IMG/VR virus record: IMGVR_UViG_3300046507_000773
Span: 124,001 to 188,000 of that record
Reading direction: 5' to 3' (one strand)
Length of the DNA stretch: 64,000 bases
Positions 18,732 to 28,300 of this stretch are shown one piece after another. Each line of letters opens with the position of its first letter. Position 1 is the stretch's first letter. The notes beneath the pieces are model-generated. The model saw only the letters and a list, made by a program, of their open reading frames with translations, searched no databases and was not told the DNA's origin. The position numbers and the translations under genes are program-made.

Positions 18732-20015
18732 TCACACCGCCTTGACGTAATGCTTCATCGTGACAGCACACAGGACGATGTACAGAAGCACCCCGGTACG
18801 AACTGCTGCTTGTTGAGACTGGTTACGCGAACCGGTCGCTTTGAGGACAATGCTCTCCACATCTTTACGCAGCTTGAGCACCGTCGGGTTCGTCGTACGA
18901 GACGACGTGTAGACACCACGGAGGCGGGCAAGGAGCGTTGGCAAGTCAGCGTGGGTGCTGACCAAGTCACGGTTCTCTCGTTCGGACATGTACTGGAAGC
19001 TATGCACGAGGGATTCGTGAATGATTTCCTTCAAGAGTTCGCTACCACGTTCATGGTAGTTATTCGAGAAGTATTCAAGCGTCTGGGTAAAGAGACGCGG
19101 GGACATGGTCTCGTTCATCTTCTCGATGACATTCACCAGGTCATGCTTGATGAACGAATTACGGTCGGAAATGATGCCGGTGACATAGTTCTCGTACTGG
19201 TACAGATTGCTCGTCCTATCCCGCAGGATTTGCTCACCGTCGAATTCCACGACGGAAGAGGTCGTCACAATCTTGTTACCGCTGTGGTGCACTTCCATGA
19301 GCACAGCGTAAATCTCTTTCACGATACCGCGGATACGGCCCTGGATGTCGTTCAGCATGTCCATCACTCGGTCATCCGTGCCTGGCACGTTGTTGTCCGT
19401 GTAATTGGTCCATGGCTTCAAACGGTCCATGCCGGTAATCACGTCGGCCCAGATACTATCTTTGGCGAGGACGGATTCAGTGCGGTAGTTAAAGAGGTTC
19501 TTCCACGTACCTTGCTGCTTGATGAGGAAGCGCTCGGAGAGCATCGCGTACGTCGTTTCTGCCGTGTCTTTGTCAGCCGGGAAACGGAAGTACTGGTGCA
19601 TGAGGCTCGTGAAGAACTTGTACTGCAAGACGAGGAGCACATCCATCATGGCCTGATGCTTGATCTCGTCTGGGAGTTTCGATTTGAAGATCTTGTGCGT
19701 CAAGTAGATGCACGAGAGGTTCATGGTGTCGGAGGCGACGATCTTGTGCTTCGGATCGATAATCGGCAAACGACGAAGGTGGTTTTCGAGGGGACCATCA
19801 TCGACCTGGACGATCTCGTTGAACCAACGATCGCGATCAGCAGGCATAAACTTTACTACGTGGACACCCAAGAGATGGCCACCAAAGAACTCGATGTGAT
19901 CGCGATTCTTCGTGATAAATGCAACCTGGTATTGATGCAGTGCTTTCGCGAGCTTTGCATCGACTTCCAATTCCTTGCATTCCTCTTCGAAGACTTGAAA
20001 GATTGTTTCAGTCAT
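18732..20015 (-). CDS. Conserved virion protein (phiKZ gp32-like)
   Basis: 427 aa. The FFGGHLLGVH segment and RLRGVYTSSR resemble a chimallivirus core protein that lies near the terminase. Confidence 0.65.
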   Translation of the reverse strand: MTETIFQVFEEECKELEVDAKLAKALHQYQVAFITKNRDHIEFFGGHLLGVHVVKFMPADRDRWFNEIVQVDDGPLENHLRRLPIIDPKHKIVASDTMNLSCIYLTHKIFKSKLPDEIKHQAMMDVLLVLQYKFFTSLMHQYFRFPADKDTAETTYAMLSERFLIKQQGTWKNLFNYRTESVLAKDSIWADVITGMDRLKPWTNYTDNNVPGTDDRVMDMLNDIQGRIRGIVKEIYAVLMEVHHSGNKIVTTSSVVEFDGEQILRDRTSNLYQYENYVTGIISDRNSFIKHDLVNVIEKMNETMSPRLFTQTLEYFSNNYHERGSELLKEIIHESLVHSFQYMSERENRDLVSTHADLPTLLARLRGVYTSSRTTNPTVLKLRKDVESIVLKATGSRNQSQQAAVRTGVLLYIVLCAVTMKHYVKAV

Positions 20016-20108
20016 TGGGTTTTCTCATGGGAGGAATCTTACACACAGGATGAGGTGGAAAATTTACATATCGGGCATACTGGGCCAGCACGTAGCTGGC
20101 CCGATGAA

Positions 20109-20633
20109 TCAGATGTAACGATCCATTGCGTATGCTTCCAGACTCGGGTAAATCTTCACGTTGTGATGACGTGCGATCGATTCGAGAGCGGTGGCCAGTG
20201 CCGACGGGGTCATGTCGACGAATGCTTCCGGATTGTCGCCGTTGCCAGCTTGTGCTTTGGCAGTGGTGGTGTCGATCACCAGGGCGTAGTTCGGCATGTC
20301 GTCCGGGTCTTGGTTGACCATGTCGGTGGTGACAGCGATCACGTCTTCCGGCGTCACGTTGTCCGAGGACACTGCGTAGACAGTCGGGTTGACTGCCGAT
20401 GCAGGATCGAATTCTTGTTGCAAGGCGCGGGCCAGTGCTTGCATTGCCAGGGCGTCGTTGGCTTGGCTTTCGGTAGCCACGTTGCCATCCTGGTTTGCAG
20501 TATCCTGGTCTTTCGAATAGATCTGCTGCAGGGATTGGGTGAAGGCATCCGAGAGCGGACCTTTGATGACAACGGGTTCATCTTTCAGGTCAGCGTCTTC
20601 GAGTGCACGACGAAGAGTAGTCAGTCGGCTCAT
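20109..20633 (-). CDS. Acidic hypothetical, probably virion protein (174 aa)
   Basis: AAGGA RBS; downstream hairpin followed by GTATGCCCG on the minus strand. Confidence 0.7.
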   Translation of the reverse strand: MSRLTTLRRALEDADLKDEPVVIKGPLSDAFTQSLQQIYSKDQDTANQDGNVATESQANDALAMQALARALQQEFDPASAVNPTVYAVSSDNVTPEDVIAVTTDMVNQDPDDMPNYALVIDTTTAKAQAGNGDNPEAFVDMTPSALATALESIARHHNVKIYPSLEAYAMDRYI

Positions 20634-20821
20634 AAAGCGTCCTTAGTTGGTGAATGGGTAGTGGAGTCACATAATTGGGTACATGAGTACTTAAAGTAAA
20701 AAAATACAGCTGAGGTTACTCTATGTACCTGACTGGCTGTCACGGTGCCAGAGCCTCAAAGAGTGCCTGCGAAGCAGGGGGCCTATTTCATTTAATTAAT
20801 AAAGAGTATAAAGAGTAGTAT

Positions 20822-20933
20822 AGAACCAAAGGGTATTCTGACGAGCAGACAAGCTCGTCATTGAACGAACTCTTGGAAGGATAGACCAAACACGAAAGCA
20901 GCCCTGTACACCCAGTACAGGGCGTTTATGCCG
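20822..20933 (+). ncRNA. Candidate ~110-nt small RNA
   Basis: No ORF. Perfect 8-bp hairpin at 20839-20860; plus-strand terminator at 20901-20933 with no plus-strand gene upstream. Confidence 0.35.
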
Positions 20934-20960
20934 GAGTAGTCAAAAACACGATTCCAAGAA

Positions 20961-20986
20961 ATTACAACAACATATTCTTCCCGTGA
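20961..20986 (+). promoter_or_regulatory. Putative early promoter variant
   Basis: ATTACAACA-ACATATTCT-TCCC-GTGAG upstream of 21034. Confidence 0.45.
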
Positions 20987-21033
20987 GATTCCACCAATCT
21001 CTTTTCTTTAACCTTCCAATGAATGGAAAACCA

Positions 21034-21636
21034 ATGAATACTCGTAACACTGAAGTCGCTTTCATCGAGCGCGAGATTGCCCTGGCTATGAGCCAGCTTT
21101 ATCCGGGTAAGGATTTCACCAACTTCAAGATCCTTGCCATCGGTGACTACTGTGCCGGAACGGTCAGGGTAGAACGAAAGCCGAATCAAGTTATTGTGAG
21201 CGCCGCCGATGAAAAAGGCCGCTACGTCGGTGGAGCTGAGATTTACAAGCTGCGCCTTTCTGGTCCGAGCAGCGACAAGGAAGACGAACGCATGAGTGCA
21301 CACATGGCAAGTGGTCGAATGCATCACATCGTCGATGAACAATCGAACGATATCGACAAAGCTGGTGCTGCACTCAACCTGGCTCCGGAAGAGCTGGCTG
21401 CATTCAAGGCAGCATCCCAGGCGCTGCTGACGGACTTCGTATCTGAGGACGTCGCTCGCACTCGTCCGTTCACCATCGTGAGAACGTCGGTCGACCAGGA
21501 ACGCTACAAGATCGAGATGGGCTTTACCAAAGAAATGCTGGACACCAAGTCCGCAAAGATTGAAGAGAAGCTCGGTGAAAACAATTCGCTGCGGATCGTC
21601 TACATCCTGCCGAACGTGATCGCCCCGCTGAAGTAA
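21034..21636 (+). CDS. Hypothetical protein, tandem paralog A
   Basis: C-terminus EMGFTKEMLD...RIVYILP aligns with that of the next gene. The start may be 21019. Confidence 0.75.
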   Translation: MNTRNTEVAFIEREIALAMSQLYPGKDFTNFKILAIGDYCAGTVRVERKPNQVIVSAADEKGRYVGGAEIYKLRLSGPSSDKEDERMSAHMASGRMHHIVDEQSNDIDKAGAALNLAPEELAAFKAASQALLTDFVSEDVARTRPFTIVRTSVDQERYKIEMGFTKEMLDTKSAKIEEKLGENNSLRIVYILPNVIAPLK

Positions 21637-21686
21637 TCCCGCAATACCAAATACAACCCCTTTACAAAAAGAAAGCGAACCGAATT

Positions 21687-22346
21687 ATGAAAACCATTAC
21701 CACGACCATCGCCGCTAACCAGACTGACCTGGAAGCTGCAATCAAAGCAGCATTGATCTACATCCTGCCCGAACCTGCGCAAGGCGGTGTCACCTACAAG
21801 AATTCCGGCGAAGACCTGGACCTGTATTTCGCCAACGGCAACGAAGTGCGTGTGGTGCTTCGTGAACACAAGGACTACGATCCGCAATTCCATGTGCATT
21901 ACGCACCGTACTTCCACTCGATCGCCATCACGATCCTGACCAAGGAAGGCCGCGAAGCCGGTACGACCGTCCTGTCGTTGATGCCGATCGGCCATGACGT
22001 CTTCACGCGTGAAGAAATGAAGTCCGATGTCGATCTCGCCCAGATGCTGAGCGATTACGAGAACGGTCTGCGCTGCAACGATGCAGTTGCAAACGTCGAT
22101 GCATTCCTGCCTCTGCATAAGGAACTGACCCGCGTCATGATCACCAAGGAAAGCAAGGGCGCGAAACTCGCCCACGTTCTGTCGGTGCGTACCACTGGTC
22201 TCGATAATGCTGATGACTTCGCTGTCGTCGAGACCGGCTTTAACGAAGAACTCCTGGACAATCCGGAGTTCCGTGAAAAGCTCGAGCAGCTGTTCGGTAG
22301 CGACACCACGATGCGTGTGACCTACTACCTGCCGTTCGTCCAGTAA
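21687..22346 (+). CDS. Hypothetical protein, tandem paralog B
   Basis: C-terminus ETGFNEELLD...RVTYYLP; high-expression codon bias. Confidence 0.8.
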   Translation: MKTITTTIAANQTDLEAAIKAALIYILPEPAQGGVTYKNSGEDLDLYFANGNEVRVVLREHKDYDPQFHVHYAPYFHSIAITILTKEGREAGTTVLSLMPIGHDVFTREEMKSDVDLAQMLSDYENGLRCNDAVANVDAFLPLHKELTRVMITKESKGAKLAHVLSVRTTGLDNADDFAVVETGFNEELLDNPEFREKLEQLFGSDTTMRVTYYLPFVQ

Positions 22347-22409
22347 TCCATCTTCAAGTGCCCGGCTTAAGTGCCGGGCTTTATGACCCCTATTTTTCGA
22401 GAGAACATC

Positions 22410-23111
22410 ATGCAACAACAAGCTACCACCCTGAACAATACCAATCCGATCAACCTGGCCAATGCACTGAACTGGGGCGTCTTCCGCTCCGAAGCTTCGG
22501 CCCAAGTCGTACAAGCGCTGTGCCGTGCTGACAGCGAACGCAAGAAAGCCGTGAGCGCCCTGATGGACGACCTGCCCGTCGATCCGGCTGATGAACTGGT
22601 CTACCCGACCGACGTTCGTCTGCCCGATGGTCGTGTTCCTGAACTCGTCCTCTTCGGCTCGCGCATGATCGGCCCGGTTCCCCGCAAGGACCTGGAAGAA
22701 GCCAAGCCGGCTGAAGGCGCTGAAGCTACCCAGACCGAAGCTGCTAAACCGGTTGTCGTTCCGGCCCCGAAAGCTAACGTCGTCGAAGCGCGTCGTGAAA
22801 CGGAAAGCCTGCTGGCTAACCTGACCGGCAAAACCAATGCTGAACCGAAGGACGAACTGAACAAGGTTCACCAGGAGATCTACGAGATCCTGCGCTTCCA
22901 GCAAGAACTGATGGGCGACAAGTGCCGCGGCCTGTCCCGTGAACAGCAGAACACGCTGAAGGCTGAAGGCGTGGCAAACGTCCTCATGGCATCCGAGGTG
23001 CGCAAGACCTACGCTGAAGCCCTCGACATGACCTACATGGGCGGCGACCTCGACAAGCTCAAGCAACTGAAAGCCGACATCGAAACGAAGTATCCGGTGC
23101 CGAAGAAGTAA
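22410..23111 (+). CDS. Hypothetical protein with an Ala/Glu/Pro linker
   Basis: GAGA RBS before ATG 22410; strong codon bias; terminator at about 23125-23152. Confidence 0.8.
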   Translation: MQQQATTLNNTNPINLANALNWGVFRSEASAQVVQALCRADSERKKAVSALMDDLPVDPADELVYPTDVRLPDGRVPELVLFGSRMIGPVPRKDLEEAKPAEGAEATQTEAAKPVVVPAPKANVVEARRETESLLANLTGKTNAEPKDELNKVHQEIYEILRFQQELMGDKCRGLSREQQNTLKAEGVANVLMASEVRKTYAEALDMTYMGGDLDKLKQLKADIETKYPVPKK

Positions 23112-23172
23112 CATCGCAATACTGGGCCGGGTAACACCGGCCTTTCTTTTTTCTGTATTAGGAGAGCCAACA

Positions 23173-23526
23173 ATGGCCCAAGGTACCAAAACTCAAGGAA
23201 GCCTCGAAGATCTTCAAGAGGTACGTCAAACCGCAGACCAGGCACTCGTGATGCTCGACGAAAAACAGCGCAAAATTCGCCGAATGATAGAGCTGTCCGA
23301 AAAGGTAGCGCATTTGCTCAATGCCGATGCTGCCCGCCTCATGGAAGACATCGAAAAATCGCGAGGCACCCCGGACTACGAAGCAAGCACCCGAAAGCGC
23401 AATAACCATATGACACTCGATGGTCACATTGCATTATCCAAACGTTTCACTGCGATAGTGCAAAACCAGGATGAGGAAGCTCTGATCCTGTTCCACGAGA
23501 TGTTAAACGCGGTCTTCGGAGAATGA
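23173..23526 (+). CDS. Coiled-coil hypothetical protein
   Basis: AGGAG RBS; heptad-like helical sequence. Confidence 0.7.
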   Translation: MAQGTKTQGSLEDLQEVRQTADQALVMLDEKQRKIRRMIELSEKVAHLLNADAARLMEDIEKSRGTPDYEASTRKRNNHMTLDGHIALSKRFTAIVQNQDEEALILFHEMLNAVFGE

Positions 23527-23615
23527 ACTTTGTTATTTAAACTTAGAACCCCATCGTGTGACAGGAGGAGTCTCATCGACCCTTCACCACCGTAAATTTA
23601 AAGGAAGGAAGGAGC

Positions 23616-24044
23616 ATGTACACGTATCGTAAGCGCGAAATGACCGAGCGCGATAAAGAGGCTACCCTCATCGGTCTGACCATTCATGCAATGGTCGAAT
23701 TCCAGAAAATCCACGCCCAGCGCGTCGCTGAATGCCCCAGCCCCAAATGGCAACAGATTTTGCAGGACGTCAAGAAAGAAGTAACCGAGGCACTTCTGAA
23801 ACGCACCGATCTGCTCACCATCATGGCTTACACCCGTGAACTGAAGAACATGGACGTGTCGGAATTCTTCCCGGCTGACGAACCTCAAGACAACGAACAA
23901 TCGAGCAAAGCTATGGCTGACGAAGCCATCGGCCGCGCCATGCAACCGCAAGGTCGCTTCTACCACATGCGCAAACGTGCTCGCGTGTGGGTCAACCGTG
24001 CTGGCAGCCTCGTGTCGCCCAGTACCCCTTCGCTTCACCACTAG
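23616..24044 (+). CDS. Hypothetical protein (142 aa)
   Basis: AAGGAG RBS. Confidence 0.75.
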   Translation: MYTYRKREMTERDKEATLIGLTIHAMVEFQKIHAQRVAECPSPKWQQILQDVKKEVTEALLKRTDLLTIMAYTRELKNMDVSEFFPADEPQDNEQSSKAMADEAIGRAMQPQGRFYHMRKRARVWVNRAGSLVSPSTPSLHH

Positions 24045-24083
24045 TTTTAATCGTTAGACTTCCCAACCCCTGAAGGAACTCAC

Positions 24084-24389
24084 ATGACTCACCTCGTCAG
24101 TGTTTTCTCCAGGGGCGCTTCCCAAATCATCGAAGCTGCCCCTGTTGCAAAACTCGAAACTAAAATCCTGCGGCGTCAAGCCGCTCTTATGCCGCTGAAG
24201 AAAAAACTCACGGCAACTTTCATCGAAGTGATGGAGAAATCCATCTCCGACGACACGACTGCCAAGGCAGCAATTATCAACGCCAATGGCATGGGAGCGA
24301 ACAATGAAGACGACGTCCAGCAAGCAATCTATCAACTGGAAGCGCTCATCAGCGGTGGGTTTATGCCGCCGATCCAGAAAGTCGCCTAA
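24084..24389 (+). CDS. Hypothetical protein (101 aa)
   Basis: AAGGA RBS; followed by a long hairpin. Confidence 0.7.
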   Translation: MTHLVSVFSRGASQIIEAAPVAKLETKILRRQAALMPLKKKLTATFIEVMEKSISDDTTAKAAIINANGMGANNEDDVQQAIYQLEALISGGFMPPIQKVA

Positions 24390-24405
24390 GCGAACGAAGT
24401 CCGCC

Positions 24406-24467
24406 ACTGGACTTCTCTAAGAATCCTCACAAGGGTCTTTAGAGAAGTCCAGTAGTTTATTTTTTTC
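24406..24467 (+). terminator. Long-stem terminator
   Basis: Perfect 15-bp stem 24406-24420 / 24439-24453 followed by a T-run. Confidence 0.7.
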
Positions 24468-24529
24468 TTTCGAGTAAAAATTTACTGCTGGAAAGTAACC
24501 TATAGTCAACCCCCACGAAAGGAGCCGTC

Positions 24530-25507
24530 ATGAACCGCATGGAACAACTCTTCAAACAACAGTTCAACGACGTCAAGAAACTCATTTCCTTCTGCACCCT
24601 CTGGACCGGGGACGCAGGAGGTGTTCGCAAGATGGTCGTCGACCAGTCCGATCGCCTGATGCTCGAGCCCGGCGAATGGATCAAGACCGTCGACAAGAAT
24701 AGCAATAACTACCTGGCCGTCGGTACGCCGTTTGGCATCTTCGTCTTCTACCAACGCGAACTCTTCGGAAAAGCGATGTACTGGTACGAAACGACGCGTT
24801 CCCTGATCCGCCAATTCCCGGTACTGACCAAAGACGGTGAAAGCCCGTCGGGTTTCCTGGAAGAGCACGTGATGGAATACATCATGTCGGGCAGCTTGGT
24901 TCATGATTCACTCGTACGTGCTGAAGCCATACGTCTCGGCGGCGGTACGGTGTCCGACGGCATTCCGATGAAGAAAGTCAAATCCGGCCACAAGCATCGT
25001 CGTCCGAAAGCCGAACTCGAAGTCAAAGCCAAAGACAAGCACGACATCAAGGCCAAGAAGGCCCTGCGACGTCCTGTCAAGGAAGACGAGGTTGCACCGA
25101 AGAAGGTGATCAAGGATCGTCCGCAATCGAAGCCGGCTGGCAAGAAGACTTCGATCATCAACGCTGCGCCCCGCAGTGTCGAGCGCGGTATCCGTGACAC
25201 GAGCAAGCCACAACTGACTTCGGTCAAGGTCGGCAACGGTAAAGGCGAGGGCAGGAAGGTCTACCCACGTGGCCAGAATCCGACCATCCTCCACATCGAT
25301 GAAACGGGCTTCACCAACGAAAAGGGTCAACCGACCTACGTTGCCACTCCCGGCGGCAGGGCACCAGTGCGCACTCGTGGCGACAACATGCCCAATGTCC
25401 AGATCGACCAATGCGCTTTCATTCAGAACTGCGGCCAAACGATCGTCCTCGATCCGCCGACTGCAACTGAACTCAAGCGTGAACCGTACGTCACCGTCCA
25501 GGAGTAA
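24530..25507 (+). CDS. Hypothetical protein with a central Lys/Arg-rich region
   Basis: AAGGAG RBS; globular N-terminus then KKVKSGHKHRRPK...KKALRRPVK... Confidence 0.8.
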   Translation: MNRMEQLFKQQFNDVKKLISFCTLWTGDAGGVRKMVVDQSDRLMLEPGEWIKTVDKNSNNYLAVGTPFGIFVFYQRELFGKAMYWYETTRSLIRQFPVLTKDGESPSGFLEEHVMEYIMSGSLVHDSLVRAEAIRLGGGTVSDGIPMKKVKSGHKHRRPKAELEVKAKDKHDIKAKKALRRPVKEDEVAPKKVIKDRPQSKPAGKKTSIINAAPRSVERGIRDTSKPQLTSVKVGNGKGEGRKVYPRGQNPTILHIDETGFTNEKGQPTYVATPGGRAPVRTRGDNMPNVQIDQCAFIQNCGQTIVLDPPTATELKREPYVTVQE

Positions 25508-25508
25508 T

Positions 25509-25563
25509 CCGGCATAAACGGGGAGAGCCCAAAAGGCTCCCCCGCGTATGCTGCTTTTTTTTT
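25509..25563. terminator. Bidirectional hairpin with CCGGCATA / TATGCTGC arms
   Basis: Lies between convergent genes; T-run follows. Confidence 0.75.
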
Positions 25564-25564
25564 G

Positions 25565-26371
25565 TTAGCGATTGCCGCCAACACGGGAACGAAGCATGCG
25601 CTCCCAGGTTTCGCCGTCGTTCATTGCTGCCACACGACGCCAATCCTTTTCCAGGTATTCCCGGTAGAGTTCGTCCTGATCAGCGTACGACTCGATGATC
25701 GTCTTGAAAGCACCGATCGACGTACCACCACGGATCTCACCCATGTCGAGTTTGATGATGTGGTTGTTGTAGATGTAGGCTTTCACAGCGCGCACGCACA
25801 GTTCCGAGAAATACGGATAGCTGCGCAGTTGCAGGTGCGACAGTTGACTATCGTTGGCCAGAATGCAGCGCAGATAGCAGTTCGCCGGCATCAAGTACAG
25901 TTCGCTGACCATGACGACGTTTTCGCCGATCAATTGACAGCGGGCAGTCGATGCGTTTGGCATCGCGCCATGCGAATCGATAAGACCTTGCGCCAGGTTC
26001 AGCATTGCTGAGTTACCCGAAAGCGAGGAAGTACCGAAGTTCGAAATTGCGTGGGGATCACTGAACGTCAGATTCAGAACGCTCATGATCGAGCGGCCTT
26101 GCGTCTTCTCCTTGGGGACACGGAAAACCACAGTGTAGTCAGCCGTTTGTTCCATGGGGATACCGTCCATCGGAACTCGCATTTCAATACCGCCCACCAA
26201 GTTACAGTCTACCATGACTCGGTGACGGATTACCTTGATGAGAATTTGTTCATCGATAGAGATCGGGATCTTCTTCGAGGCCCAGTTACGGTTGTTGAAA
26301 ATGAGTTCCAAGATCTCTTGCGGGATGCGATTCTTGATCTCATCCAAAGCTTTGGAGATTGGGGTCATCAT
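25565..26371 (-). CDS. Conserved chimallivirus protein, probably virion structural
   Basis: AGGA RBS; about 268 aa, divergent from PhuZ. Confidence 0.7.
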   Translation of the reverse strand: MMTPISKALDEIKNRIPQEILELIFNNRNWASKKIPISIDEQILIKVIRHRVMVDCNLVGGIEMRVPMDGIPMEQTADYTVVFRVPKEKTQGRSIMSVLNLTFSDPHAISNFGTSSLSGNSAMLNLAQGLIDSHGAMPNASTARCQLIGENVVMVSELYLMPANCYLRCILANDSQLSHLQLRSYPYFSELCVRAVKAYIYNNHIIKLDMGEIRGGTSIGAFKTIIESYADQDELYREYLEKDWRRVAAMNDGETWERMLRSRVGGNR

Positions 26372-26386
26372 TTCTGTCCTATGAAA

Positions 26387-26410
26387 ATTCAACAACATAT
26401 TACACTACTG
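26387..26410 (+). promoter_or_regulatory. Putative early promoter upstream of phuZ
   Basis: ACATATTAC at 26395-26403. Confidence 0.6.
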
Positions 26411-26528
26411 AGATATAATGCAGATATGCCATAAAATCTCAGTTCAGACGGGAGAATTTTTACTAGCGTCCCACACGCTTATGTAGAAACCTGTCGCTAC
26501 ATCTCTTCACCCACAAAAAGGAAATAGC

Positions 26529-27536
26529 ATGACCGAAGCAAATAACAAAGGCCAGATCCGCATTTACGCTTGCGGCGGCGCTGGCATCAACGTCGGCAAA
26601 CTGTTCGAAGTGGCACGCGGCGAGAACGCTCCGGCCTTCGCCCAGATGCATGTGTCCTACCTCGACACCTCGGATTCGAACCTGAAGACCGTCAAGACCA
26701 CCCTGGACAACATCTACCGCATTGAAGGCATCGACGGCTCCGGCCAGGTCCGCGCCGAGAACTACGACGAGATCGCTCCGCGTGTTCGCGACATGCTGCA
26801 AAAGCACCCGGCCCTGGACCTGTCGATCGTCATCCACTCGTTCTCCGGCGGCAGCGGTTCCGTCATCGGCCCGTCGCTGGTTTCCGAACTGACCGACGAA
26901 GGCAAGAACGTGATCGTGATCGGCATCGGTGACGCCTCGACCGTCAACTACGCCAACAACACGATGAAGACGATCAAGTCGTACGGCAACATCGCCCACA
27001 CCAAGGAAGTGCCGATCATCGCGGCCTACTTCGAAAACACGCCGACCACCCCGCGCTCGGAAGTCGACCTGGCCATCCAGCAACTGGTCACTGCCCTGGC
27101 CGTGCTGTTCTCCCGCGAGAACCACGAACTGGACAGCGCAGACCTGCGCAACTGGCTGAACTTCCAGAAGGTCACCAGTTTCGAGCCACAACTGGGCGCC
27201 CTGACGCTGTTCGAAGGCACCGACCTGGCCGCCGACTACGGCGAAATCATCACGGTGGCCACCCTGGCTACCGAGAAGTCCGGCACCACGCTCAACAGCG
27301 TGATCGGCTACCAGACCGTCGGCTGGCTGCCGCCGGCTGACAGCGAGCAGATGAAGAAGGTGCATGCAGCCGCACCGATCCACTTCATGATCTCCGACGG
27401 CGTCTTCGGCGACGTCAACGATCGGCTCGAGAAGTTCCTCGCGGATCACCAGAAACGCGTGGACTCCCGCCCCCCGAAGAAGAACACCATTCTGAAGGGG
27501 ACCGAGGGCGCGACCAAGAACGGCGTTGTCCTCTGA
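26529..27536 (+). CDS. phuZ: Phage tubulin PhuZ (spindle protein)
   Basis: IYACGGAGINVG, DTSDSN, GSGQVRAEN, tubulin signature HSFSGGSGS and a PhuZ-type C-terminal tail ending NGVVL. Confidence 0.93.
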   Translation: MTEANNKGQIRIYACGGAGINVGKLFEVARGENAPAFAQMHVSYLDTSDSNLKTVKTTLDNIYRIEGIDGSGQVRAENYDEIAPRVRDMLQKHPALDLSIVIHSFSGGSGSVIGPSLVSELTDEGKNVIVIGIGDASTVNYANNTMKTIKSYGNIAHTKEVPIIAAYFENTPTTPRSEVDLAIQQLVTALAVLFSRENHELDSADLRNWLNFQKVTSFEPQLGALTLFEGTDLAADYGEIITVATLATEKSGTTLNSVIGYQTVGWLPPADSEQMKKVHAAAPIHFMISDGVFGDVNDRLEKFLADHQKRVDSRPPKKNTILKGTEGATKNGVVL

Positions 27537-27846
27537 CAGATCGCGCGTACTCCTAGTGGCCGCGGGGGCGGCGGCAATGCTTGCCGCCCTCGGGCATGAA
27601 GATGTAGAAGTCGTAGCGGAAGACGACAGACGTCTTTACGTTGGTTTCCATGGTCCTCGAATCGAAGACCTGACCTTTCCCGAGATTTACGAATATCGTG
27701 AATGGGATAACGACTCCTACTGGAGTTACGTGGAACATGTTTCATGTTTTACGCGCGTGCTACCGGAGCATGTCCGGTGTACCCATGAGTGCGGCGAAGT
27801 CCGCAGGTTGCGCAAGGTTAGAGACCGTGTATGCACCCTGCATTGA
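27526..27846 (+). CDS. Possible small hypothetical protein
   Basis: ORF after phuZ with no clear RBS; the start is uncertain. Confidence 0.4.
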   Translation: MSSDRSRVLLVAAGAAAMLAALGHEDVEVVAEDDRRLYVGFHGPRIEDLTFPEIYEYREWDNDSYWSYVEHVSCFTRVLPEHVRCTHECGEVRRLRKVRDRVCTLH

Positions 27847-27849
27847 GCT

Positions 27850-28237
27850 TCGTCCTGGCTTTCAGAATTGTATATTCGGCAAATCCGATATCAAAATTTC
27901 CTGAAATGTTTCCCCATGGATATGAAGTGATACATTCGCTTCGCACAAAAGTGCCTCTTTTTAAAGAGGACGGCGTTCGTGACGGCAAGATCAAAAGGTA
28001 GCGAGTGGGTTCTGGATCGCAAGCATGCGGTCGCCAATAGAATGCCATGAGTACGTGAGTAGTGAGCCTAGTCGCACAGTGAGCCTGAAACCCCCTGACC
28101 GATGTGGCCCCCTTGTTGAAAGGTGTGGTTGCATTCCTCAAGCCGATGTGGAGCTATCGGCGAAGTAGGCGGCAGGGGGGTTTCCCTATACTACCTCTGG
28201 TTAGAGCAGGTATAGGGAAGCCTTCTTTTTTATGCCG
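27850..28237 (+). ncRNA. Candidate structured non-coding RNA
   Basis: About 390 nt with no credible ORF. GAAACCCCCTG / CAGGGGGGTTTC long-range stem, repeated CCGATGTGG, and a terminal hairpin followed by TATGCCG. Confidence 0.45.
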
Positions 28238-28300
28238 TTCATCTAGGTATATTTAACCTAATGGCCTGATTTTATACATAACCCCCCACAAGGAGCTAGT

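Noticed and set aside
24360-24368. TTTATGCCG inside the 3' end of 24084..24389
   Set aside because: It lies within coding sequence (G-F-M-P-P) and not at a hairpin foot, so it is probably chance and was not counted.
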